From Octopus bimaculoides (taxonomy: Eukaryota): a stretch of DNA of 64,000 nucleotides. Shown one piece after another: positions 1 through 12,572 of the stretch. Positions within the stretch are counted from its first letter, which is position 1. The number at the start of each line of letters is the position of its first letter. The translations under genes and the position numbers were made by a program. The notes below the pieces were generated by a model that was not told where the DNA came from, searched no databases, and saw nothing but the letters and a program-made list of their open reading frames with translations. The stretch lies in NCBI RefSeq assembly GCF_001194135.2, contig NC_068982.1, positions 31,083,916-31,147,915 of the forward strand, given 5' to 3'.

Positions 1-1720
1 CCGCTCTCTGGAAGGTAATTGGTGACCTTATTCCTGAACTAAACAGACTAACATTTGTCCGCTGGGAAAATTTATAAACTGGTGAATCACACTTAACAAG
101 ACAGACTAGACGTAGTCAATTAACATTATAGCACATTATCCGCATTACCCAAGAGGTTATATGACATCAAAACTACGAGAACTTGGGAAATAAAGGACTG
201 ATCTCGAAAATACCTAAACATATGTTACACGAATATTCTATAGTAAAAAACACCATTTATATAATGACCATTTTGTAAAAAACAAAATCCAAAAAGGAAA
301 AACCACGTTAATGTAAATATATATTTATATATTAGCCTCAGGATTGATACTTAATTAGGTTTGAGTTACGCATGCAAAATTAGTAAACATATATTGTCAT
401 ACCACACTGCCTTTAGAATATAGAAAAGAAAGCATAACAATTGTTACCTTGTTAAGTTATATTGTTGCACTGATGTGAAACTATTCGGAGAAGTGAATTT
501 GTCAAATAAAAAGTGTATGTATTAACATTACCGCATCTGCTGATGCTTCTAGTAATATTCTTTTCCTTTCTTTTCCTTCTCATCTTCTTCATAATCATCA
601 TCGTCGTCATTAAACATTTTACATTATTGTACTATATTTCTTTAACATACATCTCCTACTATTGTTTATTTTTTAATAATTTTTCTAGTGATTATTTTAT
701 AAGAATACCGCACACATTTTACCAACATTTTATGAACACAAGCAAGTCACGTTTTATTCATTAACTCCTAGAAGGCTTTCATTTCTATTCTTGCGTTGGA
801 AGACAAAAATAATGACGGTAAATAAATGAATGAATAAATAAAATATCCTGTATGAAAACGCACCACCTTCACCTGTTTTGTTTATTTGAGAGACTACTGG
901 TTGAAAGGAGGAAAAGAGGGAATGAAAAAATACGAAATGCCGGTACTTCCTGAATGCATTACTAACCCTCACAGTGCTTTGTTTTCTCCTGTAAACAGTT
1001 ATCATTAGATAACATATTCGAAAGTAACTAAAAGAAGAAGAAAAATTGTATTCAAAATTGTAGAAATCTACTGTGAATTTTGTATCAAATGTCACGGTTA
1101 TCATGAAGAAGCAGTTAATATGAAAAATAAATAATGATATTAATAATAAATTTCCCCACAATATCAACGACAAAAAAGTGAAATATTAATAGATGTAAAA
1201 ATTTTATACTCTACTATGCCACCAAGCCTCCAGCGTATATCAATGAATGTCGCATTGGAGTAAAACTGAAACAACGTTCTATCAGTTTTGATTTGTTTTC
1301 TGTTCTTTAAAAGATAGAAAAGAATAAGATACCCCTACAGTTAACTATACTTATATAGTCTAAACAACAGCAACAACAAAACCCATACTAGCAGTAGCAG
1401 CAGCCAACACCATCAACTAAAACAACAGCAACCACAAAAATGGCGCTAAGAATAAAGAGAACACCAAAAATGAAATCTAAATCAAAACAACAAAATAAAG
1501 AAAAGCAAAATGTAAGTACAAAAATAAAACAGGAAAACTAAGTTAAAGGTTTTATTGAAATCTTGTTTACATGTATGGCAACGTGTTGAACTAAATTTAT
1601 TCATGCATTTAGAATATGCTTTGAAGCTCAGATGTTACACTGTCGATCACATGACTGCAGCACAAAACGTGTAATCGTGGAATATTATTCATATTATTTT
1701 GGTTTATGAATTCTAGCAAA

Positions 1721-2030
1721 TGATGATGATGATGATAATGATGATAATGATGATAATGATGATGAGGAGGAGGAGGGGAGGAGGAGGAGNNNNNNNNNNN
1801 NNNNNNNNNNNNNNNNNNNNNNNNNNNGAGGAGAATGGGGAGGAGGAGGAGGAAGAGGAGAATGGGAAGGAGGGGAGGAGGGGGGAGGAAAAGGACGACG
1901 ATGCTGACGATGACAACGATAACGAGCACAGTGGCGATAAATCTAATGGGGAATCTGGTGATGATGAATCTGATGATGATGATGGCGATGACGATGATTA
2001 GAAGGAGAAGAAGGGGAAGAAAAGTCGAAT
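1721..2030. repeat. Compound trinucleotide microsatellite / low-complexity tract (GAT, AAT, GAG) with a small N gap
   Basis: Visible (GAT)n, (GATAAT)n and (GAG)n runs; the poly-M/D/E/H ORFs here are repeat translations. Confidence 0.9.
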
Positions 2031-2995
2031 AAGTCTGGTCGTGATGAACCTGCTGATAATGATGACGAAGTTAATGATGATGGCGTAGGTGGTGGCAGTG
2101 GTTGTGCTGCTGCTGAAAGCAACGCCTATGACAAGTAACAATGTTCAATGTAAAATTATTTATGACAATTAGGGCCGTGACATCAGAGGTGACTGCGGCA
2201 AGAACAATGACCACAAAGAGCACAATAATAGGGATAACCATCGTGGACACAATAAACACATTGATGTCGATTTCAGCAATTACTGCCATAAAAATGGTTA
2301 CAACAATGCCTATGACTTCTGGTCAAATAACTCCAATGACCACTATAAAAACATTAACCCTTTAATTGCGGAAATCAGATATATCAACTCAAAATTTCGT
2401 TACTGTTACAGGGAATTAGTAATAATGGTACACCTTTCCTGCGTGACGAGTGGAATGAACCAGTCACTACATGTAAGGTGATGTCGGCCAGGATTGAGAG
2501 AGTACGTGTAGACAGTGTTGGTAGTCGTGTATGTGCTGATATAGTAATTATGCTGTGAAACTGAGTGGACGTTATTACGATCCGACCTTTTCAGGATAAT
2601 AACACCGTACAACTTGGGGTAGCACAGTGCCAGATAGAAAAATCCTATCGACGACTCTGGAATATAACAGTATCTATCAGAGCGACAACCATCGTACAAC
2701 GACAGATATAACAGTAGCAAAAGGCCCTTCTATAACAGTGTCGACGAGGATAAATTAATTTACATGGAGTCAATAGAAACTCGAAGAGGATTTAAACAGT
2801 TCACGAGAAATTGCTAAACTGGACGAGGATCAACCAATTCACGTGGAGTTAATAGAAACTCGTAGAGGAGTCAACAAACACTTGAAGTTCTTGTATAAAT
2901 TTTACTAAAAATCGTAAAATTATGGAAGATTTATTGGCCAGTTTGTTTGAGTTGCAAAAACAGCAACAGTAGTTGAAAGAATAACAACAGCAGAT

Positions 2996-4560
2996 ACAAA
3001 TGCATCTGGGAAAAGACCTCTTAACAGAGAGCCAATGTGGATTCCGCAAGGATCGCAGTACTATTAATATGGTGTTTGCTGCCAGGCAGCTCCAAGTAAA
3101 GTGCCAAGAACAAAACGTGGATCTATACTCCACTTATGTTGATCTGACCAAAGCCTTTGACACTGTAAGCAGAGAAGGCCTCTTTCAGAATCATAGCAAA
3201 GTATGGGTGCCATAGAAAATTCATTGCCATCACACGCCAATTTCATGATGGAATCCTGGCCAGAGTAGAAGATAGTGGGGGAGACCTCTGACCCTTTTGA
3301 AGTCACAAATGGAGTGAAATAAGGGTGTGTTTTAGCTCCTACTCTGTTCAGCCTCATGTTCTCTGCAATGCTGACGGACGCCTTCGGAGACGCTGATGTG
3401 GGCATTAGAATCAGTTACGGATTTGATGGATCAGTTTTCAACCTCGGAGGCTACGAGCAAAATCCAAAGTTACAACAGACACTATCAATGATTTTCTGTT
3501 TGCTGATGACTGTGCCCTAAACGCTACCTCTGAGGCGGACATACAACGCAGTGCAGACATATTCTCGGAAGCCTGTGACAACTTTGGTCTCACAATCAGT
3601 AACAAGAAGACCGAGGTGATGCACCAATCCGCTCCGGGAAAACCATATGTAGAACCCAACATTTCCATCAACGGTCAAAGACTCAATGCGGTTGACAAAT
3701 TCACCTACATTGGCAGTACGCTTTCCCGCAATATAGTCATTGACGGTGCGATCAACACCAGACTCGCCAAAGCAAGTGCTGCCTTCGGCAGACTCCATAG
3801 GAATGTATGGGACAGAAGAGGCATCACCTCCATGACAGAGATCAAGGTCTACAAAGCTGTCGTACTCACCACCCTACTCTATGGATGTGAGTCGTGGACC
3901 GTCTACCAACGCCACGTCAAAAAACTAAATCACTTCCACACCACCAGGCTGAGGAAACTACTTGGCATAAGCTGGTAGGAAAGGATACCAGACACAGAAG
4001 TCCTCACTTGTGCTGGGCTCCTAAGCATCCCTACCATCCTGATGAAAACTCAGCTTCACTGGGCTGGTCATGTAGCCCGCATGTCAGACTACAGAATACC
4101 CAAGAAGCGTCTGTTTGGTGAGCTCCAGCACGGCAAGCGCTCCCAGCGCGGCCACAGGAAACGGTTTAAAGACAGCCTAAAGGTATCATTGAATGCCTTC
4201 AATATTGACACGTCATCATGGGAGCAGACAGCTTTAGATAGGACCAAGTGGCGGGCCGCTATTCACAACGGTGCCCGCCAATATGAAAGTGACAGGAAAA
4301 CTGCTGCNNNNNNNNNNCACCGGTGCCCGCCAATATGAAAGTGACAGGAAAACTGCTGCAGAGAAGCGCAGGCAGAACAGAAAGAACAATGCTTTGAAGC
4401 CCCCGGCACTTGCTACCATTCTCTGTCCCTACTACAACAGATCTTTCCAAGCGCGGATTGGGCTTATCAGCCATCTCCGCACTCACCGATGATGACCTCT
4501 TCACTACCACCCCTCTAGGATGATCAGATGGTCCTCGTCATTCCGACGTGCGAACAGCAA
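2996..4560 (+). mobile_element. 5'-truncated RTE-clade (BovB-like) LINE with disrupted reverse transcriptase
   Basis: RT motifs ESQCGFRKDRST, YVDLTKAFDTVSREGL, GVK*GCVLAPTLFSL, FLFADD (FADD at 3499-3510), FTYIGSTLS, LLYGCESWT, QLHWAGHVARM, and C-terminal LCPYYNRSFQARIGLISHLRTHR. RTE-type tail ...gtcattccgacgtgcgaacagcaac. Stops and frameshifts present. Confidence 0.95.
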
Positions 4561-4765
4561 CGTGTGTCTTTGTGTTTGTCCCCAGCCACCACTTGACGAC
4601 TGGTGTTTGCTTACGACCCAGTTGCGATTTTGTAAAAAGAGAACGATATCAGAAGCGTAGAAAAGATTTAAATAATTACTCGTGGCCATTTGTTCGACTA
4701 AACCCTTTAAGGTAATACTCATACATAGTCGCGGTCAGATGACTGGAACAACTAAAAGATAAAAG
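4561..4765 (+). mobile_element. SINE family A, degenerate 3' half
   Basis: Matches the 3' half of the full copy at 5695-6138 (tgtttgtccc...cttgac...ttgttcgactaa...gactggaacaactaaaagataaaag). Confidence 0.7.
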
Positions 4766-5636
4766 GTAAAATAACCATTAAAACTACAATGACCGTTCTG
4801 AACAAAATTTCCACCACAATCGCAATGGCAACAATGACCATAATAGCTATAATAAACCCAATGGCCACTATAGACTTAATAACCACAATGAAAACAAATA
4901 CATTACGCACAAAGAACAGAAAATGACCACCATTAACATGACAATCATAATTGTCACTACGAAGACAACGACTGCAATAGGCACAGCAACTACAATGAAT
5001 ATAATGACAACGCTGAACATCATTCTTAGAAATTTTGGCACAAGGCCAGCTCTTTTGAAGATAATGGGCAAGTCGATTACATAGTCCGCAGTACTCGATC
5101 GGTATTATATTATATTTTGTCGACTCAAAAACTACAGAAGGCAATGTCGACACCGGCTGAATTTGAACTCAATACGTATACTGTCGGCAGACATACAGTA
5201 AAGTATTTCTTCCTCGACACTTTAACAATTGTGCTAACTCGCAATGATGATAATTATAAAACAATGTGTATAATGACAATGGCTGTCCAAACAATAACAA
5301 AGGCCATTATTCTCACAGTGACTATCATAAGTAAGATGACACAAAAGCTACAGTAATCGCGATAACAGCCATAGACGCAGTGGTAATGATGAACGCAATG
5401 GCTAAGGTGATAACAATCATACATTAATTCACCATAATTATGAATTTGACATTTTCAATATTGTGTGTTTCTCGGCAAGAAACGAATCAATATATTTCAA
5501 CTATGTATGTTATGTTTAAATAGACGTAAATATATTTTCTGTCCTTGAACGTATTACATACGCAGACAACTTTTTGTGTCTATCTATACCAGAAAGAGCT
5601 GGATAAATGTGTATACCACACACACACACATACACG

Positions 5637-5667
<31 letters not shown>

Positions 5668-5694
5668 GCATGCACACACACGCATAAATATATT

Positions 5695-6135
5695 TACTCT
5701 TTTACTCTTTTACTTGTTTCAGTCATTTGACTGTGGCCATGCTGGAGCACCGCCTTTAGTTGAGCAACTCGACCCCAAGACTTATTCTTTGTAAACCCAG
5801 TACTTATTCCATCGTTTTGCCGAACCGCTAAGTTACGGGGACGTAAACACGTCAGCATCGGTTATCAAGCGATGTTGGGGGGACAGACATAAACACATAT
5901 ATATACATATATATATACATATATAGGACGTGTTCTTTCAGTTTCCGTCTACCATATCCACTCACAAGGCTTTGGTCGGCCCGAGGCTATAGTAGAAGAC
6001 ACTTGCCCAAGGTGCCACGAAGTGGGACTGAACCCGGAACCATGTGGTTGGTAANNNNNNNNNNACGAAGTGGGACTGAACCCGGAACCATGTGGTTGGT
6101 AAGCAAGCTACTTACTACACAGCCACTCCTACGCC

Positions 6136-6138
<3 letters not shown>
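5695..6138 (-). mobile_element. SINE family A, full length (tRNA-like head, internal TA/TG tract, (TAAAAGAG)n-like tail)
   Basis: Minus strand reads ataggcgtaggagtggctgtgtagtaagtagc...ggttccgggttcagtccc (A/B-box-like), ccttgggcaagtgtc, internal microsatellite, then ggcggtgctccagcatggcc...gactgaaacaagtaaaagagtaaaagagta. Homologous pieces at 4561, 13160, 39248 and 50841. Confidence 0.9.
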
Positions 6139-6166
<28 letters not shown>

Positions 6167-6383
6167 AAAGAGAGAGAGAGAGAGAGTACACATTGTAGAA
6201 ATCTACGTAGGAACTACATATTTATACTGGGGTTTACCTTAATTTTCACTGCGTATGCTCTGTATATCATAACTAGTAACACATAAACCCATGTTTTCGA
6301 AAAAGTGGTAATTCTTCAGGGAGATGTTAGCTGAATTATGTTCGTGAAGCAAAATTTCATACTATAACACTGTAAAATTTGAA

Positions 6384-6632
6384 GGGTAATTTGAAAAGTC
6401 TGTGAGTCTTGTCAATTAGAGAAATTTACCTTTCATACAGTTGCTATTCTGACACTATTAGTTTGCAGGAATTGCTTCCCCACATTTTAAAAAAATACAA
6501 TTCCAAAAGTGGCAGGAACGCTGGGACCGGTGAGACTACTTTGAAAGAGATGTTGTTAAACATAGGTAAATAAGTTATTTTTTTTTATATTAAACATAAC
6601 TAGTCCAGGAATATTTTTGATACCACCTCGTA
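6384..6632 (+). mobile_element. Internally deleted mariner relic (MITE-like)
   Basis: 6501-6551 reads FQKWQERWDR*DYFERD, resembling a mariner transposase C-terminus with an internal deletion. Right end ...tttttgataccacctcg-TA resembles a mariner TIR plus TA. Left end is poorly defined. Confidence 0.65.
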
Positions 6633-7502
6633 TGACGAGTACATTACGTCTTTTGCGAACGTGTAATTACTTTAACTTTTACATAGTGTTGTGACCGCTT
6701 TTCAAACATTTGGATGACGCATCTGCTGTTAACCATTGCTCAAATCGTTTCTTATTATCAAACAACAATTATTTTATCAGGGTGCAAAATAGGTTCCTGA
6801 TTCTGTATATTAACAGTACTAAATAAACCTCAAGCCATCTCAATTTCTAATGTTCAGTAAATTATGGAAGTTTTATATTCAAACATTTGAATTTTTCTGA
6901 TGACCCACAGATGAAGAGAAAGAGTTATGGAAGAGTGGACAAAATCTGTTACACGCTTTTGCCGTCTATTTACTTTACTAGTCATCATTTTTAATGGACT
7001 TTTGGCTCACCTTGCGACATACTTTAAAGGTTCTCTTTTAAACGTAATTTCAGCAATGAACCGCAAAAGACTGCAGGTTTTAAAGATTAACACAACCCTC
7101 TCTCACATAAAACGTAGGTGTATATTTGTTGTTTCAAGCTGTATGATGATCAAATTTAAAGTTGTATATGATAAGTTGTACTTGTTTGACAGTGACCAGA
7201 TTATGGAAAATTGCAAGTCCATGAAAACAAGAACAAACACCACTTGAACAGTGAATCAAACGAAATATAAAAGATTATGTGAATTGAATGGATTAACAAA
7301 CTACTCTCTCAAATATGTATAACGGTAACGTTAAATTTAATTCATATTGGAAACGGAAATGTTATGAATAAATAATGCCTTCACTGATATATGCACGAAT
7401 ATTTACGTACACATATATAGACATGCAAACAAGCATACAAATATACAAACATGCATATAAACATACATACACACACACACGTGTATGTGTGTCTGCGTAT
7501 GA

Positions 7503-7545
<43 letters not shown>

Positions 7546-9620
7546 CACTTGCATATATAGAGTCGATGGAATGTTGTATAGAATGATTTGCAGATTTTGT
7601 CCCAAATTTTCATACTGAGTTTAAATCCCTCAGAGATCAAATTTAGCATTCATCCATGCAAGTTTGATAAAATGCTTGGGACGACGCTGATCATTGAAAC
7701 TGATCAATGACCACACTGAATCTACTTGTCTATTACATAAGATCTTGGGCGGGTGAAGGAAGACTAGCCTGAAATAAAAATGCTAGTGTGTGTGTGTAAT
7801 TAAGCAATATATTACTGGCTGTGGCACATAACAGGTCAGATGGCAGTTACGGAGCGAATATTACTACTAGAAATCTTGATGTCTCTTCAGACATCCCGAC
7901 CGGAAGTGCATAGCCACTTTTATGCTGAAGGTACATAGATTGTGGGTTAGTTCGATGGTAATAAAAAGTGAAATGAAACATTCTGAGAAATATTTTTCCT
8001 GAGATTTCTTTTTATCAGCGGACCGAGCGCTTAACCGTGTTAAGCTAGATTTGTGTTATCAGCGGGCCGAGGTGATAACTGTGGGTGCTTATTTAAATCG
8101 CCCCCTAGTTCTCATCTACATGATAAAGGCTCCTAAACGGACTGCTTCATGAAAGCGGCACGCGATAAGTTCGCTTGCTGAGTGCAAAATACTTCCAAAT
8201 TCGGTAAATATTTTGAATGATTCTCAACTCAAGATTCTGCATCTTCTACTTCCATTCAGCTGTAGTCCAGATTATTTCAGCAACTTCCAATTGATTTTGT
8301 ATGGTGTTGTTTTGTCTTTTAATCGCTATATATAATATAAGTAAAAGTTTAGCATTGTACCTCACTTGCTTTCTAAAAGAAGGCTAGCGATTCTTCGTTC
8401 TGTCCTCAAAAAGTGTCCTCCGTTACTCCGCTCCCTTATTATTGGACGCTACCCTTTGTTTCCTAAACTTGCTTCTGTTTTACACTTGATCATTCACTTG
8501 ACTATCGTTATAAACCCGACATGAACATTCAACATCTGCTCGATTTCATACCAAGGAGTTACATTCTATAATCAATAATATATTGCTTGATGATGTAGAA
8601 ACTTGGCCCTTGAATTAACATTATAGAGTGTACTTTCTTCTGAGGCATGGACAATTAACTGAAATTATTTGTGTGAGTGTGCGTCCGTGTATTATGCCAT
8701 TCGCGAAATCCATTGTAAACATATTTTCGAGCTAAGATCAGTTGCTCTGTTTCCTTCACTATAGCTACTATCTCTCCCTTCCGCTTCCTCCTCCTCCTCT
8801 CTCTCTCAGACACACAAACACACATAACAATACATGCATACATCGGTTTTCCTAATTTGCTCAGAAGCACAACACAACACATATAATATTGATTCTAAAT
8901 ATGTTTGTTCTCCTTAATATATTGAGTATTTGAAAATCCATCTGTTACGGTGTGGAACAGTATTTTATGAGACATCAAAAGAAGAATGCATGATAAAGCG
9001 ATACTATTGATACGTTACTTAGTTAAGCCTGTGTAGAAGCCTGTATTTTACAAATATCAGTCAAATTCCCTTGAGCTCAAAGAATTCTATCATTAAGATG
9101 GACGATACATTTAGACACATCGGATAAAGTCCTCTGGTAAAAAAATTTGATGGTTCTTGCTGAAATCTCTATGAGCGTAAATATTTTCAAAGTAAACCAA
9201 AGCATCAACATAAAAAAAGAATCTTCTTGACATCTATTGTCAAATTTAAAACTGAAAGTAATAAAAAGTTACAAAATTCTTAACTATAAATATTTCTTAT
9301 AGGCAATTTTGATACAACAAAACAAAATGAAATAACATTACATTATGACACTCACACACATGCACACAATGGAATTTCGGCATTTATCTTTCGAGCATCA
9401 CTCTTTTCTGTCAAGATAAAGTCAGAGAAAAATATAAGAGTTTAAGAGAAGGAAATTTGACATGATGTACTGAACGAGCATCAGTGGCAAGTGTTAGAAT
9501 GGAGAAATGTTGTCTCTAGCAGAGAAGGGATTTATTGGCCTGATTGTTGGACATGTGCATAAAGAGGTGGTGTTGGAATGAATAGTAATTGAATATATGT
9601 AGCATTATACAAGTGCAAAC

Positions 9621-10248
9621 GAAGGTGGCTAGCTAGCAGAATCTTTACCGCGCCGGACCAAAGGCTTAGCGGTATTTCGCCCATCGCTACGTTCTCAGTT
9701 CAAATTCCACCAAGGTCGACTTTATATTTCATCCTTTTGGGATCGATAAATTAAGTACCAGTTGCGAACTGGGGTCGATCTAATCGACTGTCCCCTTCCC
9801 CAAAAATTGTGGGTCTTGTTTCTAGAATAGAAAAAAATATCTGAGGGCGGCGATCTGGCAGAAATGTTAGCGCGCCGGGCGAAATGCTTAGCGGTATATC
9901 GTCTGTCATTACGTTCTGAGTTCAATTTTCGCCGAGGTCGACTTTACCTTTCATTCTTTCGAGTTCAATAAATTAAGTTCCAGTTGCGTACTTGGGTCGA
10001 TCTAATCAACTGGCCCCCTCCCCCAAAATTTCAGGCCTTGTGAAACGAAGGTGGCTAGCTGGCAGAATCGTTAGCGCGCCAGACGAAAGGCTTAGCGGTA
10101 TTTCACACGTCACTACGTTCTCAATTCAAATTCCGCTGAGGTCGAATTTACGTTTTATCCTTTCGGGTTCTATAAAATAAGTACCAGTTGAACACTGGGT
10201 CGACTCATCCCCTCCCCCAGTATTGTTGCCCTCATAGCAGAATTTGAA
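9621..10248 (+). mobile_element. SINE family B, head-to-tail trimer (about 9621-9840, 9843-10042, 10047-10248)
   Basis: Three copies of aaggyggc.agctggcagaa..ttagc...gagttcaaattcc (B-box-like)...gaggtcgacttt.cctttcatcctttcggggtcgataaa.taagtaccagt. Confidence 0.92.
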
Positions 10249-10869
10249 GTGCATACGGATATGTAGGAGAAAGTGGAGCACTATGCATGCGTCAGAAAAG
10301 AAGAAGCCAAAAATAAAGAGGGAGTCACAACATTTGTGTGTACATACTTCTAGGTATGAAATTACTGACCGACACGCTGCCACTCACTGAAAGGAAGTGT
10401 TCGATATTTCGAAATTTTCCTATCATATTCCTCATGCCTATTCGTGAGAGTTCTAGTTCCAGATCGACTCTGAGCGTTTCTTGCGTCGCATTAAACTGCA
10501 CGCATAGAGACAGCGTCTAGCACAACTGATTTCTCTACTGTTATCCGACGCTCATTATGCTTATCTGGTTTAGTTAACTGCTTTAGATCTGTGCCACAGC
10601 AGGTGGCAAGAAGCTGCAAATCACTTCTAGTCTAATTCACTAATTTAGATCTCTTCACCAGCAGGTACCAACAAACTTTCAACCTCTGCAACATCTGCAA
10701 TTAGCATTCAACACAACCATTGTAGCTAAACTGGCCGACAAGAGCACAATTTTCGGTCAAAGTATTAACACTCACAGGGCAGGGTTGGAAGAGATGCTAT
10801 AACTTAGCAAACACGAACTCAATATAGCTCAAAGTATAAACAAACCTTATTTCATACAACAAATAGCTT

Positions 10870-11095
10870 ATTTCTACAACAGTACACCAATAGAACCCTT
10901 CTTTTCTTTCACTATATGACCAGCGAGCAATGAGCTCATATTGACTTCATTGTTGGTGTAAGCGCTCCAGCTCAGATGGTTGTTACCAATTACTCCTAGG
11001 TCTTTGATACTGTTGAATACCATAAATGGTTCTCTTGAAGGAAGAGAAAATAGTTCTTTAAGCACATTCGCTTTTCCGAAGGGCATGAGTTAGAT
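10870..11095 (-). mobile_element. CR1/L2-group LINE RT C-terminal fragment
   Basis: Translation IKDLGVIGNNHLSWSAYTNNEVN resembles the KDLGV...LSW..HI motif. Confidence 0.7.
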
Positions 11096-12289
11096 TTTGG
11101 AGCATGTTGTTTCGTTCACCTATTGATGCAGTGATTTACAGAATGCAGATCAGAATAATGTTTTGTTTGGTAATAATTTTTCAAGCCACACACACACGCT
11201 GGGGCGCGCGCACACACACATACATACACAAACACACACACACACACGCGAAGACACATATATACGCACACACATACACACACACACACAAACACACACG
11301 CACACATAATGCCCCTTGAACGAACAATACAAAAATATATCGCATTCGTGCTCACAGAAACACGCATACTTATTCGCACAGTGGCCTTTCAACCTTAGCT
11401 CTTTATGTTATTAAATGTGCTTATTGCTAAGAATCTATTTCTATATATTCATGAATTTCTCATTTATTCATATTCTTTTTATGCAAATATGCGTGTGGGG
11501 ATCAGTGTATTTGTAGGTGCGAATGCATTACATGCATTTGCTTCAATTTCTCTATTTACATGTGTGTATTCTGCAAAAACATGCATTTTCATCATGATAT
11601 TCCGCTTGATAACATGGAGTTAGTTAGCCAATATAGCCAAACCAGGTCATATATTTTAATTTCAACATTCTTTTATTTTTTAAAAAAATCTAATTTCCTA
11701 TTAAATTTTCCAGAGTGTATCATTGTCTTTTTGGTCATGAGTTTCTCGTATGGGGAAAAAATTCTATGCTATTATTATTCTTGACATTTAGAAATGTATT
11801 TCCTGAGTCTTTGTATGCATGCCTTGCTGATGCATATGTCTATTGAATTGATTTGTAGGAATCATTGTCAAAAGGAGGATGTATGCTTGTATGTGCATGC
11901 GTATCCGTTTGTGTATGTGCGTGCTTGTGAGATAGTGCAAGTGTGTTCTTGTAAGTTTTAGTGATGGCGTATTTAGAAATGATGGTGGCAATTTAAAAAC
12001 TTAATCTGTTACGCTAAAAATTACATAATTTCATGTGCCAACTGCAAATTCATTGTTTTAGCTTACTTTTAAAGTGTAGATTTTATAATGATAAACAAAT
12101 TTTCTGTATTCATTTTATATCTACTTTTTTTTGTTGTCATTTTTATTTATGTTCAATTAATATTACATGGCACTGTGAAGCATTTGAGAAACTTTACAAC
12201 ACATTATTTAATGTACTCTTCCTTTCATAGATGAAGAAATTTTGAAGGTAAATTATTCCATAGTGCTAGTTTCGAAAACAGCTCCACCA

Positions 12290-12530
12290 CAATGACTACC
12301 AGTGAGTTGTGTACCGAGTTAAGGAGAACACCTTTATTTGGTTGCTTGAATTGCTAAATATCGCAGTCAAATCTCAACTTATCTTTAATGAAAACAAAAA
12401 ATGATACGTATTACAATGTAATTACCGATATAGAAAGTTGCTAAGTTAGTCACAGACGGTAAGCTCTTTATCATAGTTCACTTAGATCTAGACTGACTGA
12501 CATAAAGTAAAGCATCTACGGCAACAAAAT
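12290..12530 (+). repeat. Degenerate interspersed repeat (family E), related to 21660-21850
   Basis: Shared segment aatatcgcagtcaaatct vs aatagcagccaaattt and similar layout; by-eye similarity only. Confidence 0.35.
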
Positions 12531-12572
12531 CTAGCGGTAAAACAAAATGAGCTCATTTTGTTTTACCGCTAG
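12531..12572. repeat. Perfect 42-bp palindrome
   Basis: ctagcggtaaaacaaaatgag followed directly by its reverse complement ctcattttgttttaccgctag. Confidence 0.97.

Noticed and set aside
4264-4360. ~40-bp direct repeat inside the RTE
   Set aside because: It brackets a 10-N gap; typical unmerged contig overlap.
6018-6104. Direct repeat inside SINE A
   Set aside because: Same artefact: identical sequence on both sides of a 10-N gap.
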